Part shown: positions 52,958 to 62,389 of the stretch, piece by piece
Numbering within the stretch: the stretch's first letter is position 1
Layout: the number at the start of each line of letters is the position of its first letter
Assembly: GCA_003154195.1 (NCBI GenBank)
Contig: PMCS01000025.1
Span: 16,662-80,661, forward strand
From: Candidatus Omnitrophota bacterium
GTDB taxonomy: Bacteria > Omnitrophota > Gorgyraeia > Duberdicusellales > 4484-171
DNA: 64,000 bases
Direction of reading: 5' to 3'
Program-made: the position numbers and the translations under genes
The notes under the pieces: model-generated
Seen by the model: only the letters and a program-made list of their open reading frames with translations
Database searches by the model: none
Told to the model about the DNA's origin: nothing

Positions 52958-53965
52958 TCACCAATCCTTCTGCGGCTCCGGGTATTCTCCTGTTTCCCGG
53001 GTACGGTTATCCACCGTGCCCCAATATTCTTCGTTGTCGCGATAGCCGTCTAAAAGCATACGGGCCTCCTGCTTCGACATCTCCTTGGCCGTTTCCTCAG
53101 CCGCCGGCTTTTCGGAAGTTTTATTTCCCGCGTCTTTCGTTTCTTTATTATCTTGTGCTGTCTGCTTTTTATCGGTTTCGTTATTTTTATCCTCTTCCTC
53201 GGCCTGATTTTTCTGCTCCATCGACTGACCTTTATTTTTTTGTGTTTCCTCCGGATTTTGTTTATCCGCCTTGCCGTTATTTTTTTTATCGGCCAGGTTA
53301 GGGCTTTGCTTTGGCGGCTGCCGTTTTAATCTCTTGATGAGTAATTTTAACTTTTTATCGGTTAGTTCATAATTATACCTCGCGTCTTTATCTTTAGGCG
53401 ATAATTCTATCGTTTTAGCATAATGGTTAAGCGAATCCTTCAAAAGATTAATCGCGCCGTTTATATCGGTTTTTTCTTTAGCGACGGCTGATTTAAATTT
53501 ACTGTCGGCAAGATTAAAAGCGGCTTTCGCCTCCAAACCTTTTTTATCCGTAGCCAGCACCCTGGTAAAAAACTGGGCGGCTTTTTCGTAATCGCCTTTT
53601 TTATACCATGCCGCGCCGGTATTGAAATTAACGATATCGGAAACCCCGGAATCATCACCGGCTTTCTGATATTGCCCCAGGGCATCGTCAAACTTTCCTC
53701 GCCGGTAAAATTCATTACCCTTAGCGATCGCGCCGGCCGGCGACGCGGCAAAACAATCCGCCGCGCTCAACAATATAAAGAAAAAAAATAAAGACAAAAA
53801 ATACTTTGTCCACAGATTTCGCAGATTGCTCGGATTATAGCCCGAAAAGAATAAAGAATAAATTATCCCTGCGTTGAAACGCGAAATATTTAAGTTATAG
53901 CTTTTCATAAAAGCAAGATATTTTTGGTTCATGTTTTTCCAAAAAATCTGTGACAATCTGAGCAA
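52958..53965 (-). CDS. batC: BatC-like TPR protein with Lys/Glu-rich tail
   Basis: TPR repeats plus an acidic/basic low-complexity C-terminus. The annotated N-terminus runs through repeat element A3; the true start is probably the TTG near 53804 (..SLFFFFILLSAADCFAAS signal). Confidence 0.6.
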   Translation of the reverse strand: MLRLSQIFWKNMNQKYLAFMKSYNLNISRFNAGIIYSLFFSGYNPSNLRNLWTKYFLSLFFFFILLSAADCFAASPAGAIAKGNEFYRRGKFDDALGQYQKAGDDSGVSDIVNFNTGAAWYKKGDYEKAAQFFTRVLATDKKGLEAKAAFNLADSKFKSAVAKEKTDINGAINLLKDSLNHYAKTIELSPKDKDARYNYELTDKKLKLLIKRLKRQPPKQSPNLADKKNNGKADKQNPEETQKNKGQSMEQKNQAEEEDKNNETDKKQTAQDNKETKDAGNKTSEKPAAEETAKEMSKQEARMLLDGYRDNEEYWGTVDNRTRETGEYPEPQKDW

Positions 53966-53972
53966 TCTGTCC
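53808..53972. repeat. Inverted-repeat element, family A copy 3 (165 bp) in the batB-batC spacer
   Basis: gtccacagatttcgcagattgctcggatt is inverted relative to aaatctgtgacaatctgagcaatctgtcc. Confidence 0.75.
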
Positions 53973-54069
53973 CGGTACCCTTTATAACAATATTAAGGTG
54001 CGGGACGCCCCGAACATTAATAGATTATTCAGGGTAACGGGGCTGTGGACAATATTCTTTGTTTTTTAT

Positions 54070-55089
54070 TTATTGCCTCTTATCTTTTTCTTCCCTCCGC
54101 TCGGAGATAAACGGTTCCGCCAGCAACAGCAAAAATGCCAATGCCAAAGGCACCTGGAACCTCTCGCGGTAATGTTTTATGGTTTTACTCTCTAATTCTC
54201 TTTTTTCCATCCGGGATATTTTTTCCTTATAAATAAAATCGAGGCCAAAATCCGCGGGCGTCGCTTTCACGTAAACACCATTGGTAGCTAAAGCTATTTT
54301 TTGCAGGATTTCCTCGTTAAGCCTTGATTTTATAACGTTGCCCTCCCGGTCTTTTAAAAACTCGGAACTGCCGCGATCGTCGGCAACCTGGATAAGCTCG
54401 CCTTCTTTCGTGCCCACGCCCACCGTAAATATCCTGACACCTTCTTTGGCCGCTTCCCCGGCCAAAGCCAGGGCGTCGCCCTCATGGTCCTCGCCGTCGG
54501 TAATAATCACCATGGCTTTATATTTTTTAGAATCTTTAGGATAACTCTTTATCGCTTCTTTTATCGCCGTCGATATTGACGTACCGCCCTGAGGTATGGA
54601 ATCACCGGATAAACTGTCCAGCGCCAGGACAAAACCCGGATAGTCTACCGTCAGGGGACATTGCACAAAAGCCGTCCCGGCAAAAGCAATCAAGCCCACG
54701 CGGTCGCCGGAAAGCCTGCCGGCCAAATCTTTCACCGCAAGCTTAGCGCGCTCCAACCGGCTGGGTTTGATATCCTTAGTCAGCATGCTCTTCGATGTAT
54801 CGACGGCAATAAAAACATCCACGCCCTGCCGCTTTACTTCCTCCCAGCTGAATCCCCACTGTGGCCGCGCCAGAGCGATAACGCTAAAAAATAACGCCAG
54901 TATAAACAATAGCGCCCGGACTTTCCGCGCTTTTTGATTCAACGAACTGAATAATTCTTCAAGAAGATGGCGTTGGGCAAATTCCTCCCAAGCGCGGCGC
55001 CGTTTCTTAAACGACCAAACCAAAAACGCGGCAGCCGCGGCCACAATCAAAAAACCATAGGCTAAAAAAGTATAATTCGCGAATTGCAT
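54070..55089 (-). CDS. batB: BatB (vWA-domain protein)
   Basis: An N-terminal TM segment and a vWA MIDAS motif (DVFIAVDTSKSM). Confidence 0.8.
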   Translation of the reverse strand: MQFANYTFLAYGFLIVAAAAAFLVWSFKKRRRAWEEFAQRHLLEELFSSLNQKARKVRALLFILALFFSVIALARPQWGFSWEEVKRQGVDVFIAVDTSKSMLTKDIKPSRLERAKLAVKDLAGRLSGDRVGLIAFAGTAFVQCPLTVDYPGFVLALDSLSGDSIPQGGTSISTAIKEAIKSYPKDSKKYKAMVIITDGEDHEGDALALAGEAAKEGVRIFTVGVGTKEGELIQVADDRGSSEFLKDREGNVIKSRLNEEILQKIALATNGVYVKATPADFGLDFIYKEKISRMEKRELESKTIKHYRERFQVPLALAFLLLLAEPFISERREEKDKRQ

Positions 55090-55106
55090 ATAGTTCTGTT
55101 ATGCGC

Positions 55107-56099
55107 TTAGGGTATTTTCCTTAAAACCGTATTCACCAAAATCATCTCCAGCAACACCAGGATTAAAGCCGGAATCAGAAACAACACAAATAACTCCCGG
55201 TACTGACGGTATCCCTTTTCCTCGATTTTTGTTTTTTCCAGCCGGTTTATCTCCTGGTAAATATTTTTTAAAGACGGCGTGTCGGTAGCGCGAAAATATT
55301 TCGCGCCGGTAAGGGTAGCGATTTTCGCGAGAGTATCCTCATCGATTTCTATTTTCACGTATTGATAAGCCAACCCGCCGAAGACATCCTGAACCGGATA
55401 GGGAACAACGTCTTTAGTCCCCGCGCCGATCGTGTATACCTTTACGCCCAACGCCCTTGCCGCCTCTGCCGCGGTAAGGGGAGAAATTTTCCCGGCGTTG
55501 TTAACACCATCAGTAAGAAGGATTATGATTTTGCTCTTTGCCTTGGTATTCTTCAACCGGTTAAGGCTGGTCGCGATACCCAAACCGATAGCGGTACCGT
55601 CTTCGATCATCCCGGTTTTGATCCGCGCCAGATTATCCAGCAGCCAGCCATAATCCGTAGTCAAGGGACAAACCGTATAGGCCCGGGCGGAAAACGCCAC
55701 GATACCGACCCGGTCGCCCTGCCGGGATTTTATAAAATCCTCGATGACTTTCTTTATTACCTCTAAACGGTCGAAGCGTTTCCCGGCAATGGTAAAATCC
55801 TGAGCGCGCATACTCGTCGAACAATCGACCGCCAGGACAATATCGATACCTTCCGTATCTATCCTTGAATCCTCTAAAACCGCCTGGGGACGCGTCAAGG
55901 CGAAAATAATAAGCGCCAGGGAAATTACCCGCAAAATAACTAAATTGCGGCTCCCGGTTATCCTCCAGGAACCCTCTCTACCCTTTAAAAAAACAGCATA
56001 GGGATATCTTGCCCCCGGCTCTTTTTTTATTTTCGCGTAAATCGCCGGTAATACCGCCAAAGGCAACAAGAATAGAATCCAGGGGTTATGAAAAAACAT
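55107..56099 (-). CDS. batA: BatA (vWA-domain protein)
   Basis: N-terminal TM helices and a vWA MIDAS motif (DIVLAVDCSTSM). Confidence 0.8.
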   Translation of the reverse strand: MFFHNPWILFLLPLAVLPAIYAKIKKEPGARYPYAVFLKGREGSWRITGSRNLVILRVISLALIIFALTRPQAVLEDSRIDTEGIDIVLAVDCSTSMRAQDFTIAGKRFDRLEVIKKVIEDFIKSRQGDRVGIVAFSARAYTVCPLTTDYGWLLDNLARIKTGMIEDGTAIGLGIATSLNRLKNTKAKSKIIILLTDGVNNAGKISPLTAAEAARALGVKVYTIGAGTKDVVPYPVQDVFGGLAYQYVKIEIDEDTLAKIATLTGAKYFRATDTPSLKNIYQEINRLEKTKIEEKGYRQYRELFVLFLIPALILVLLEMILVNTVLRKIP

Positions 56100-56114
56100 A
56101 GTATGATTTTTTGA

Positions 56115-56244
56115 CCACGAAAATCACGAAATACACGAAAAATTTAACCAATCAGAAAAGTTAAATGCAAAATGTGAAGCAATCTTTAGTTCAAAATCTA
56201 ATAGTAATCTCTTCTCGTTTTCGTGTGTTTCGCATTTTTCGTGG
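56115..56244. repeat. Inverted-repeat element, family B (CCACGAAAATCACGAAATACACGAAAAAT termini)
   Basis: Left arm 56115-56143 and right arm 56214-56244 are inverted. Internal AATCT motifs are present. Confidence 0.7.
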
Positions 56245-56291
56245 TAGAAAATATTTTTGTTTTTTTATCTATTTTTTATAAAAAATGACTC

Positions 56292-57350
56292 TTAAGTTTT
56301 ACCGCTGCTACCCACCTCAATGTCCAGCGAAGTTATCACTTCTTTAGTCTGATTGATAAATTTTTTCGCCAACACGAAACTGGCTTCAATCTCTTCGGGC
56401 GACGGGCCATATTTGGCAAATTTTACCAAATCGCAATGTGATAGAAATTCCTTCAAAATGCTTCGATGTTCATAGGAAACAGAGTTTTCTTCTTTTACTT
56501 TAATAAAAAATTCTTCTGTAGTCATTTCCGGCGCGTGGATGTTAAAGCGATCTTCGAGATAACGGCGCAAAATCAAAGAAAGCTGAGTGTAGAATTCTTT
56601 AATTAATCCCGCCCGGACAAGAGCTTTACCGCGCAGCTCATCTAAAGCTTCATAGGCAATTTCATGTGCCGGCCTCCTGGTTTCAATAGTTGCCGTTTGC
56701 GCCCTACCCTTTTTCCCGAAATTCAACCAGATAAAACCGGCGATAACGGCTAAAATAATAATTAATAAAATTAAGACGGGAATTTTATTAAAAAGACCGA
56801 TTGGCCCTTTAATATCTTTTATCTCGGCGTTTTCCGCATCTTTCCCCAAAACGCTTTTGACTTCTATCGGGATAAGCTCAGTTTCTGCTTCGCCGGAAAC
56901 GCCTGCTTTATCTTTATATTTTAAAATCACTTTTGGAACAACTACTTTCCCCGGCGTAAACGACTGCAAACTATAGCGGCGCTCAATATTTTTCCGGCCG
57001 AATATTTCATTTTGCGAATCGCGGTGATCCTTAACAAAGAAATCGCCTAACTTTTCTTTAACCGCGGGGAACTCCACTTCGATTCCGCTTTTCGTTTTAA
57101 CCGCGATAACGTAATTTATTTTATCGCCGACCACAACCGTTTTATTATTAACTTTAGCCGTTACGGCAACCGGCTTATCGGCAGCAGCGTAACAATGATT
57201 CGGACATAAAAGTACAGACCAAAAACCAAAGATCAGAAAACACGCATGAAGGATGAAGGATGAAGGATGAAGGATGGAAATACTAAATAGGTTTTTATCT
57301 TTTATCTTTTTTCTTCCTCCCTCCCTCATCACTCTTCCCTCATCCATCAT
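56292..57350 (-). CDS. Bat-operon membrane protein (hypothetical; one TM, signal peptide)
   Basis: 352 aa, lying between the DUF58 gene and batA. Its 5' coding region contains an (ATCCTTC)4 heptamer repeat. Confidence 0.5.
   Translation of the reverse strand: MMDEGRVMREGGRKKIKDKNLFSISILHPSSFILHACFLIFGFWSVLLCPNHCYAAADKPVAVTAKVNNKTVVVGDKINYVIAVKTKSGIEVEFPAVKEKLGDFFVKDHRDSQNEIFGRKNIERRYSLQSFTPGKVVVPKVILKYKDKAGVSGEAETELIPIEVKSVLGKDAENAEIKDIKGPIGLFNKIPVLILLIIILAVIAGFIWLNFGKKGRAQTATIETRRPAHEIAYEALDELRGKALVRAGLIKEFYTQLSLILRRYLEDRFNIHAPEMTTEEFFIKVKEENSVSYEHRSILKEFLSHCDLVKFAKYGPSPEEIEASFVLAKKFINQTKEVITSLDIEVGSSGKT
57246..57277. repeat. Heptanucleotide microsatellite (ATGAAGG)x4 on plus = (ATCCTTC)4 on the coding strand
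   Basis: Four perfect 7-bp units within the first ~30 codons of the gene 56292..57350. It is followed at 57300-57410 by a degenerate GATGAGG/GAGAGAA purine-rich tract. Confidence 0.85.
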
Positions 57351-57390
57351 CTCTCATCCCTCATCCTTCTATTTTTCTCTTCTCTCTCGC

Positions 57391-58269
57391 TCATCTCATC
57401 CTCTTCTCTCTGGCCCTGAAAAACCTTACCAAACTCTGAGAATAAGGGATATCCGTACGGATATCGATATGGTCGATATGCAATGATGAAAGCAGCTTTC
57501 CCCGTTCCTCCAACTTAGCGGAAGAATTATCATGATAGCTCCGGCGCAACGCGGCGTTAGCGGTATCGATGAAAAAGCTTTCTCCTGTTTCCGCATCATC
57601 AAATTTTATGACACCGATGTCCGGCAAAGCCAGCTCCCGGGGATCGGTTATTGTCAAAGCGATAATATCGTGATGTTTAGCCGCAATCGCCAGCGCCTTT
57701 TTGTAGCCCTCGTCATAAAAATCAGAGATGATAAAGGTTACTGTTTTGCGCTTGGCAACTTTATTTAAATATTCGATTGCCGCGGCCAAGTCAGTCTTTA
57801 CGCCGATGGGCTTAGCGTATAAAGCTTCCCTGATTACGCGCAGCACATGGCGCAAGCCTTTACGGGGAGGGACAAATTTTTCAATCCGGTCGCTAAACGC
57901 GATAAATCCCACTCTATCGTTATTTTTGACCGCGGAAAAGGCCAGAACCGAACAGAGTTCCGCCGCCAGTTGTTTTTTAAGCTTGTTGACTGTGCCGAAG
58001 CTGAAAGACTGGGAAACATCGAGAATGATGATTACCGTAAGCTCTCTTTCTTCCACGAATTTTTTAACATACACCTGCCCCATGCGAGCGGTTACGTTCC
58101 AATCGATGGAACGTATCTCATCGCCGGGCTGGTATTGGCGCACTTCTTCGAATTCTATGCCCCGGCCCTTAAAAACACTGTGGTATTGCCCGGCAAAAAC
58201 ATCGGAAACCAACCGCGAAGTGGTAATCTGAATCCGGCGGATTTGTTTAAAGATTTCTCGTGGGATCAT
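57391..58269 (-). CDS. DUF58 (vWA-like) protein of MoxR operons
   Basis: DVFAGQYHSVFKGRGIEFEEVRQYQPGDEIRSIDW is the DUF58 signature. The start is moved to the internal ATG at 58269 (MIPREIF...), because the ORF-track start lies inside repeat C1. Confidence 0.8.
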   Translation of the reverse strand: MIPREIFKQIRRIQITTSRLVSDVFAGQYHSVFKGRGIEFEEVRQYQPGDEIRSIDWNVTARMGQVYVKKFVEERELTVIIILDVSQSFSFGTVNKLKKQLAAELCSVLAFSAVKNNDRVGFIAFSDRIEKFVPPRKGLRHVLRVIREALYAKPIGVKTDLAAAIEYLNKVAKRKTVTFIISDFYDEGYKKALAIAAKHHDIIALTITDPRELALPDIGVIKFDDAETGESFFIDTANAALRRSYHDNSSAKLEERGKLLSSLHIDHIDIRTDIPYSQSLVRFFRAREKRMR

Positions 58270-58280
58270 ATTTTTATACG

Positions 58281-58482
58281 CAGATGACCGCTGATTTAAA
58301 ATCAACAGATAATCACAGATAATTAAAAATTCCCGTTTTATAAATAAAAACCGGGAAAATACCAATTATCAAAATCCTGGCTGCCCAAATATTAATAATT
58401 GTGGACATTATGATTTATTTAATATTTTGGGATTTTATCATTTATCAGCGATCATCCGCTGCATCTAATCAGCGGTCATCTG
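58281..58482. repeat. MITE-like element, family C (16-bp perfect TIR CAGATGACCGCTGATT)
   Basis: cagatgaccgctgatt (58281-58296) is inverted relative to aatcagcggtcatctg (58467-58482). The 202-bp element fills the moxR-DUF58 spacer. Confidence 0.8.
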
Positions 58483-58486
58483 TGCT

Positions 58487-59482
58487 TTACGGAACCTCTA
58501 TCTCCTCAAATATCCTCTTTATAATATCGTCGGAGGTCTTGTCTTCGGCTTCCGCCTCATAGCTGGGAATAACCCTGTGGCGCAATACATCTGGGCCGAT
58601 TGATTTAACGTCCTGGGGCGTGACATATCCCCTTTGCTGGATAAAAGCGTAAGCCTTGGCGGCCAGCGCCAGATAAAGCGTCGCCCGCGGCGAGGCGCCG
58701 TATTGGATAAAATCCCTGAGCTCTTTTAAATTAAAATTCTGGGGCTCTCGCGTGGCAAAAACAATATCAATAATGTATTTTTCAATCTTTTCATCCATAT
58801 AAATTTCATCCACTACCGCTCTTACCCGAATAATATCTTCCGGCCCGATAACAGGCTTAACTTCAATACCGAAAGAAGTATGCGCCATACGCTTAAGAAT
58901 ATTAGTTTCCTCGACGCGGTTGGGATAGACGATATTGACCTTGAGCATAAACCGGTCGCGCTGCGCTTCCGGCAAAGGATAAGTCCCCTCCTGTTCGATG
59001 GGGTTTTGGGTTGCCAGGACCATAAACGGCTCATCAAGCTTAAAGGTATTTTCGCCGATAGTAACCTGGCGCTCCTGCATAGCCTCAAGCAAGGCACTCT
59101 GGACTTTAGCGGGAGCGCGGTTTATTTCATCCGCCAAAATTATATTGGCGAAAATCGGGCCTTTTTTGACCATAAAACTTGTATCTCTGGGGTTATAGAT
59201 TAAAGTGCCGATCAAATCAGCGGGCAGAAGATCAGGGGTAAATTGTATTCTTTGGAACTTCGCGTTTATCGCGCCGGCTAAGGTTTTGACGGAAAGAGTT
59301 TTCGCCAGGCCCGGCACGCCTTCAATGAGAATATGCCCGTTGGCAAGCAACCCCACCATAAGGCGTTCGATCAAATAGTCCTGGCCGACGATAACCTTGC
59401 GCATTTCTGAAACCAGAGTGCTGACGAATGAACTTTCTTTCTTGACCTTGTCGTTTATCGCGGTGATACCGGTATAGCTCAT
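58487..59482 (-). CDS. moxR: MoxR-family AAA+ ATPase
   Basis: Walker A GVPGLAKT and Walker B ILADEINRA, with MoxR-type conservation over 331 aa. Confidence 0.9.
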   Translation of the reverse strand: MSYTGITAINDKVKKESSFVSTLVSEMRKVIVGQDYLIERLMVGLLANGHILIEGVPGLAKTLSVKTLAGAINAKFQRIQFTPDLLPADLIGTLIYNPRDTSFMVKKGPIFANIILADEINRAPAKVQSALLEAMQERQVTIGENTFKLDEPFMVLATQNPIEQEGTYPLPEAQRDRFMLKVNIVYPNRVEETNILKRMAHTSFGIEVKPVIGPEDIIRVRAVVDEIYMDEKIEKYIIDIVFATREPQNFNLKELRDFIQYGASPRATLYLALAAKAYAFIQQRGYVTPQDVKSIGPDVLRHRVIPSYEAEAEDKTSDDIIKRIFEEIEVP

Positions 59483-61185
59483 AAATTACCTCCTTGTAGT
59501 TTTAAAGGAAGAAAAACAAAAAAAGATGTTCCCCCGCCGGATTTGCTTCCTACTACGATTTTACCGCCGTGGGCGTCGACAATAGACTTGCTTATACTTA
59601 AGCCCAGGCCAAAACCTGAGCTGGAACGTGATTTATCGGCGCGGTAGAACCGGTCGAAAATATGCGGCAAATCAAAAGAAGAAACACCCATCCCGTTATC
59701 GCTTACTGTAATTTTAGCAAAACCGCCCTCTTTATTCACAAAAACATTTACGCTGCCGGCTTCGGGAGTATACTTAAAGGCGTTGTCCAGTAGATTAAGA
59801 ATTACTCGGGAAATCTGATTCTCGTCTGCTTCAACGACAACATTTTCGTCGCCTGATATTCCGATGGATATATTTTTTTGACCGGCGATCACCGCGATAT
59901 CGCCGGAAACTTTGCGCGCCAGATTCAAAACATTAAACGGCAGAAATTCTAGATTCACCTCTTTGTTGTCAAACTTTACCAATACCAGGAGATTTTCCAC
60001 CATCCGGATTATTTTATTAACTTCTTCCAGATTGCTGGTTAAAACCGATTCGTACTCCCGGGGAGAACGAATCCGGTGAAGGGCTACCTCAAGCTCGCCG
60101 CGCAATATCGTCAAAGGCGTTTTAAGCTCGTGGGAGATATCTTGCATGAACTGCCGCTGCGAAGTAAAGGCACTATCCAAACGGGCCAGCATATCGTTGA
60201 AGGTATCGGCAAGCCTTTTTATCTCATCTTTGGTATCCGGTATCAAAACCCTCATTTTTAAATTTTCCGCGGTGATCTGGCGGATTGTACGAATCATGCT
60301 GTCCACAGGATTGAGCGCCAACCTCGCCAGGAATTCTCCCACGGCAGCGGTAACCAACACCGTCAACGGCAGCATCAAAAACAATATTGCCCGCAAGCGG
60401 CTAAGCGCTGAATCTACGGATTTCAAAGGGCTGGATACCTGCACAGCATACGTCACGATGCCCTTTTCGATAACCGGCAGGGTAAAGGTGCGCAATAATA
60501 CCGGCTGCGCCTCGGGAAGACGGATGGTCACAACATCAAACCGGCGATTATCGTTCAGGATAAAAGCGCTTATCTTCTGGGGAAGCTTAGATCTTCCTTG
60601 TATATTTTTAGAAGAAGCGATTTGCCGGCCGCCGGCGCTGAAGATCCGGACGATTACATTAACAAAGGACGGGTCTTTAGCTTTTTCGTCAACCCAGCGC
60701 TGGGCTAAGTCGGCAAAATGACTGTTGTTCGCTTTATCTAAAGGATCACCGCCCAAAAATCCTTCCCCATTCTGTGACAGGTAAGCCTGCCAGTAGACGT
60801 CAATGGCGTCGGCAATGCTTTCCGCTTTTGTTTTCAGGGCAGCGTCCATATCGTCATAGAGGCTGCGGCGCATGCTCCGGTAGAGGGTTACGCTGAAAAC
60901 AAACAGGGTAACCGCCAGAATCAGCATGTACCAGATTGTGATCTTAAAACGGATTGATTTAAAGAATGTTAACCGGAAAAATGCCTCACGCTTGCCTGAC
61001 AACCCGCTTCGACTCGCGTCGAGCGAGGCGAGCAGACGGGCATTTTCCCGGTTGTGGGGAAAAATGCCGCCCATTTGTTTTAAAAATTTTTTAAGCCAAT
61101 AATATAAAAATATTATTTTGTAACTCATTATTTCTCTGGGATTACAAAAACAATTTTTTGCTATTTTTTGAGGGTGTACCCACAA
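59479..61185 (-). CDS. Sensor histidine kinase (paralog of 13725..15203)
   Basis: H-box ISHELKTPLTILRGELEVAL, and HATPase motifs DNAFKYTPEAG and GFGLGLSISKSIV. The annotated N-terminus is probably over-extended; the true start is likely near ..KSIRFKITIWYM (compare MRANSIRFKTSILYS in the paralog). Confidence 0.85.
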   Translation of the reverse strand: MWVHPQKIAKNCFCNPREIMSYKIIFLYYWLKKFLKQMGGIFPHNRENARLLASLDASRSGLSGKREAFFRLTFFKSIRFKITIWYMLILAVTLFVFSVTLYRSMRRSLYDDMDAALKTKAESIADAIDVYWQAYLSQNGEGFLGGDPLDKANNSHFADLAQRWVDEKAKDPSFVNVIVRIFSAGGRQIASSKNIQGRSKLPQKISAFILNDNRRFDVVTIRLPEAQPVLLRTFTLPVIEKGIVTYAVQVSSPLKSVDSALSRLRAILFLMLPLTVLVTAAVGEFLARLALNPVDSMIRTIRQITAENLKMRVLIPDTKDEIKRLADTFNDMLARLDSAFTSQRQFMQDISHELKTPLTILRGELEVALHRIRSPREYESVLTSNLEEVNKIIRMVENLLVLVKFDNKEVNLEFLPFNVLNLARKVSGDIAVIAGQKNISIGISGDENVVVEADENQISRVILNLLDNAFKYTPEAGSVNVFVNKEGGFAKITVSDNGMGVSSFDLPHIFDRFYRADKSRSSSGFGLGLSISKSIVDAHGGKIVVGSKSGGGTSFFVFLPLKLQGGNL

Positions 61186-61829
61186 CCGCGAACGGTGTGG
61201 ATAAGCTTAGTCTTGTGGCCGGCGTCGATTTTTCGGCGAAGATAGTTGACATAGACATCTATCACGTTGGTATCGGTATCAAAATTAATATCCCAGACAT
61301 GCTCGCTGATCATGGTACGGGTGACGATCCTGCCGGCGTTACGGATAAAATATTCCATAAGCGCGAACTCTTTTGAAGTAAGGACTATTTCTTTTCCGGC
61401 GCGCGTTACTTTATGGCTCAATAAATCCATGCGTAAATCCGCCACCGTCAACTCATGGGATAAATGCGCCGAAGCTTTGCGCAAACCGGCGCGCAGCCTG
61501 GCTAAAAGCTCCTCAAAAGCGAACGGTTTCGTTAAATAGTCATCCGCCCCCGCGTCGAGGCCGATTACTTTATCTTTCAGGGAATCTTTAGCGGTAAGGA
61601 TAATAATCGGCGTAGTGATTTTATCGGCACGCAATTTTTTGCATAAACTCACGCCGTCGAGTTTGGGAAGCATCAAGTCCAGAATAATAGCGTCATATTC
61701 GTTGCTCGAACCTAAAAAATAGCCTTCTTCGCCGTCGCCGGCGATATCGACGGCATACCCCTCTTCCTTCAGGCCGCGCTTGATGAAATCCGCGATTTTG
61801 CGTTCGTCTTCGACAAATAGAATGCGCAT
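61161..61829 (-). CDS. OmpR-family response regulator (CusR/CopR-like; paralog of 15207..15875)
   Basis: A receiver domain plus a winged-helix domain carrying MISEHVWDINFD...VYVNYLRRKID. Confidence 0.9.
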   Translation of the reverse strand: MRILFVEDERKIADFIKRGLKEEGYAVDIAGDGEEGYFLGSSNEYDAIILDLMLPKLDGVSLCKKLRADKITTPIIILTAKDSLKDKVIGLDAGADDYLTKPFAFEELLARLRAGLRKASAHLSHELTVADLRMDLLSHKVTRAGKEIVLTSKEFALMEYFIRNAGRIVTRTMISEHVWDINFDTDTNVIDVYVNYLRRKIDAGHKTKLIHTVRGCGYTLKK

Positions 61830-61847
61830 ATTTTTAAACCGGGTAAA

Positions 61848-62062
61848 GGCTAGGGTCAGGCTCTCCTTCGCTCTTCGAGCTTCGGAGAAGTCTCACCGAG
61901 GCAATAGCGAAGGCGGAAAGCCGGTTTGGGCTAAAAACTCGGTTAGGGCAAGGGTAAAGATGCCAGTATGGGCTAGGGTTAAGGTAAAGGCTTAAGAAAT
62001 AATTGTTTTAAGCCCTGACCTTTGCCTTAGCCCATACGGGCTTCATAACCCTAACCTTAGCC
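61848..62062. repeat. Complex inverted-repeat element, family D copy 2
   Basis: ggctagggtcagg...ccctaaccttagcc. It contains the reverse complement of the D1 block and the ggttagggcaagggtaaagatgcc module. It lies in the promoter region of the response-regulator/histidine-kinase operon. Confidence 0.75.
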
Positions 62063-62389
62063 TTTTCTGCCCAGCTTCAACGTAATATTCTCTTTATCCT
62101 GCCACGGCCAGAGCATAGCAAATACAGGACTGCCGTTATTATCGGAAAAATAAAGCGTCTGGCCTTTCATTATACCGCCGAATTTACCTATAACCGCCTC
62201 GGCCTGGGAAGGAATTCCCTTAGGGGAGGGGTACGCGCAAGAACCGAAAAGAGCATCAAGCTTAGCCAATAATGACGGTACCTTCTCTTTTACCAGCACA
62301 GCTTCGAAATAATCATCCTTCTCGCAGCGAATTTCCTTGTAGCTTACCGACATGACCTCTTCCTTGATTTTTGAAAATTCCATGATCAT
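62057..62389 (-). CDS. Hypothetical protein
   Basis: 110-aa ORF that is translationally coupled (1-bp overlap) to the upstream TPR gene. No recognisable domain. Confidence 0.35.
   Translation of the reverse strand: MIMEFSKIKEEVMSVSYKEIRCEKDDYFEAVLVKEKVPSLLAKLDALFGSCAYPSPKGIPSQAEAVIGKFGGIMKGQTLYFSDNNGSPVFAMLWPWQDKENITLKLGRKG

Noticed and set aside
57246-57277. (GAAGGAT)4 tandem repeat considered as a CRISPR or minisatellite array
   Set aside because: Only four 7-bp units with no spacers. It is a microsatellite within a 5' coding region.
61945-62062. TTAGGG / CCCTAA telomere-like hexamers in the family D element
   Set aside because: They are isolated occurrences within a bacterial intergenic repeat and are not tandem. 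This is coincidental.
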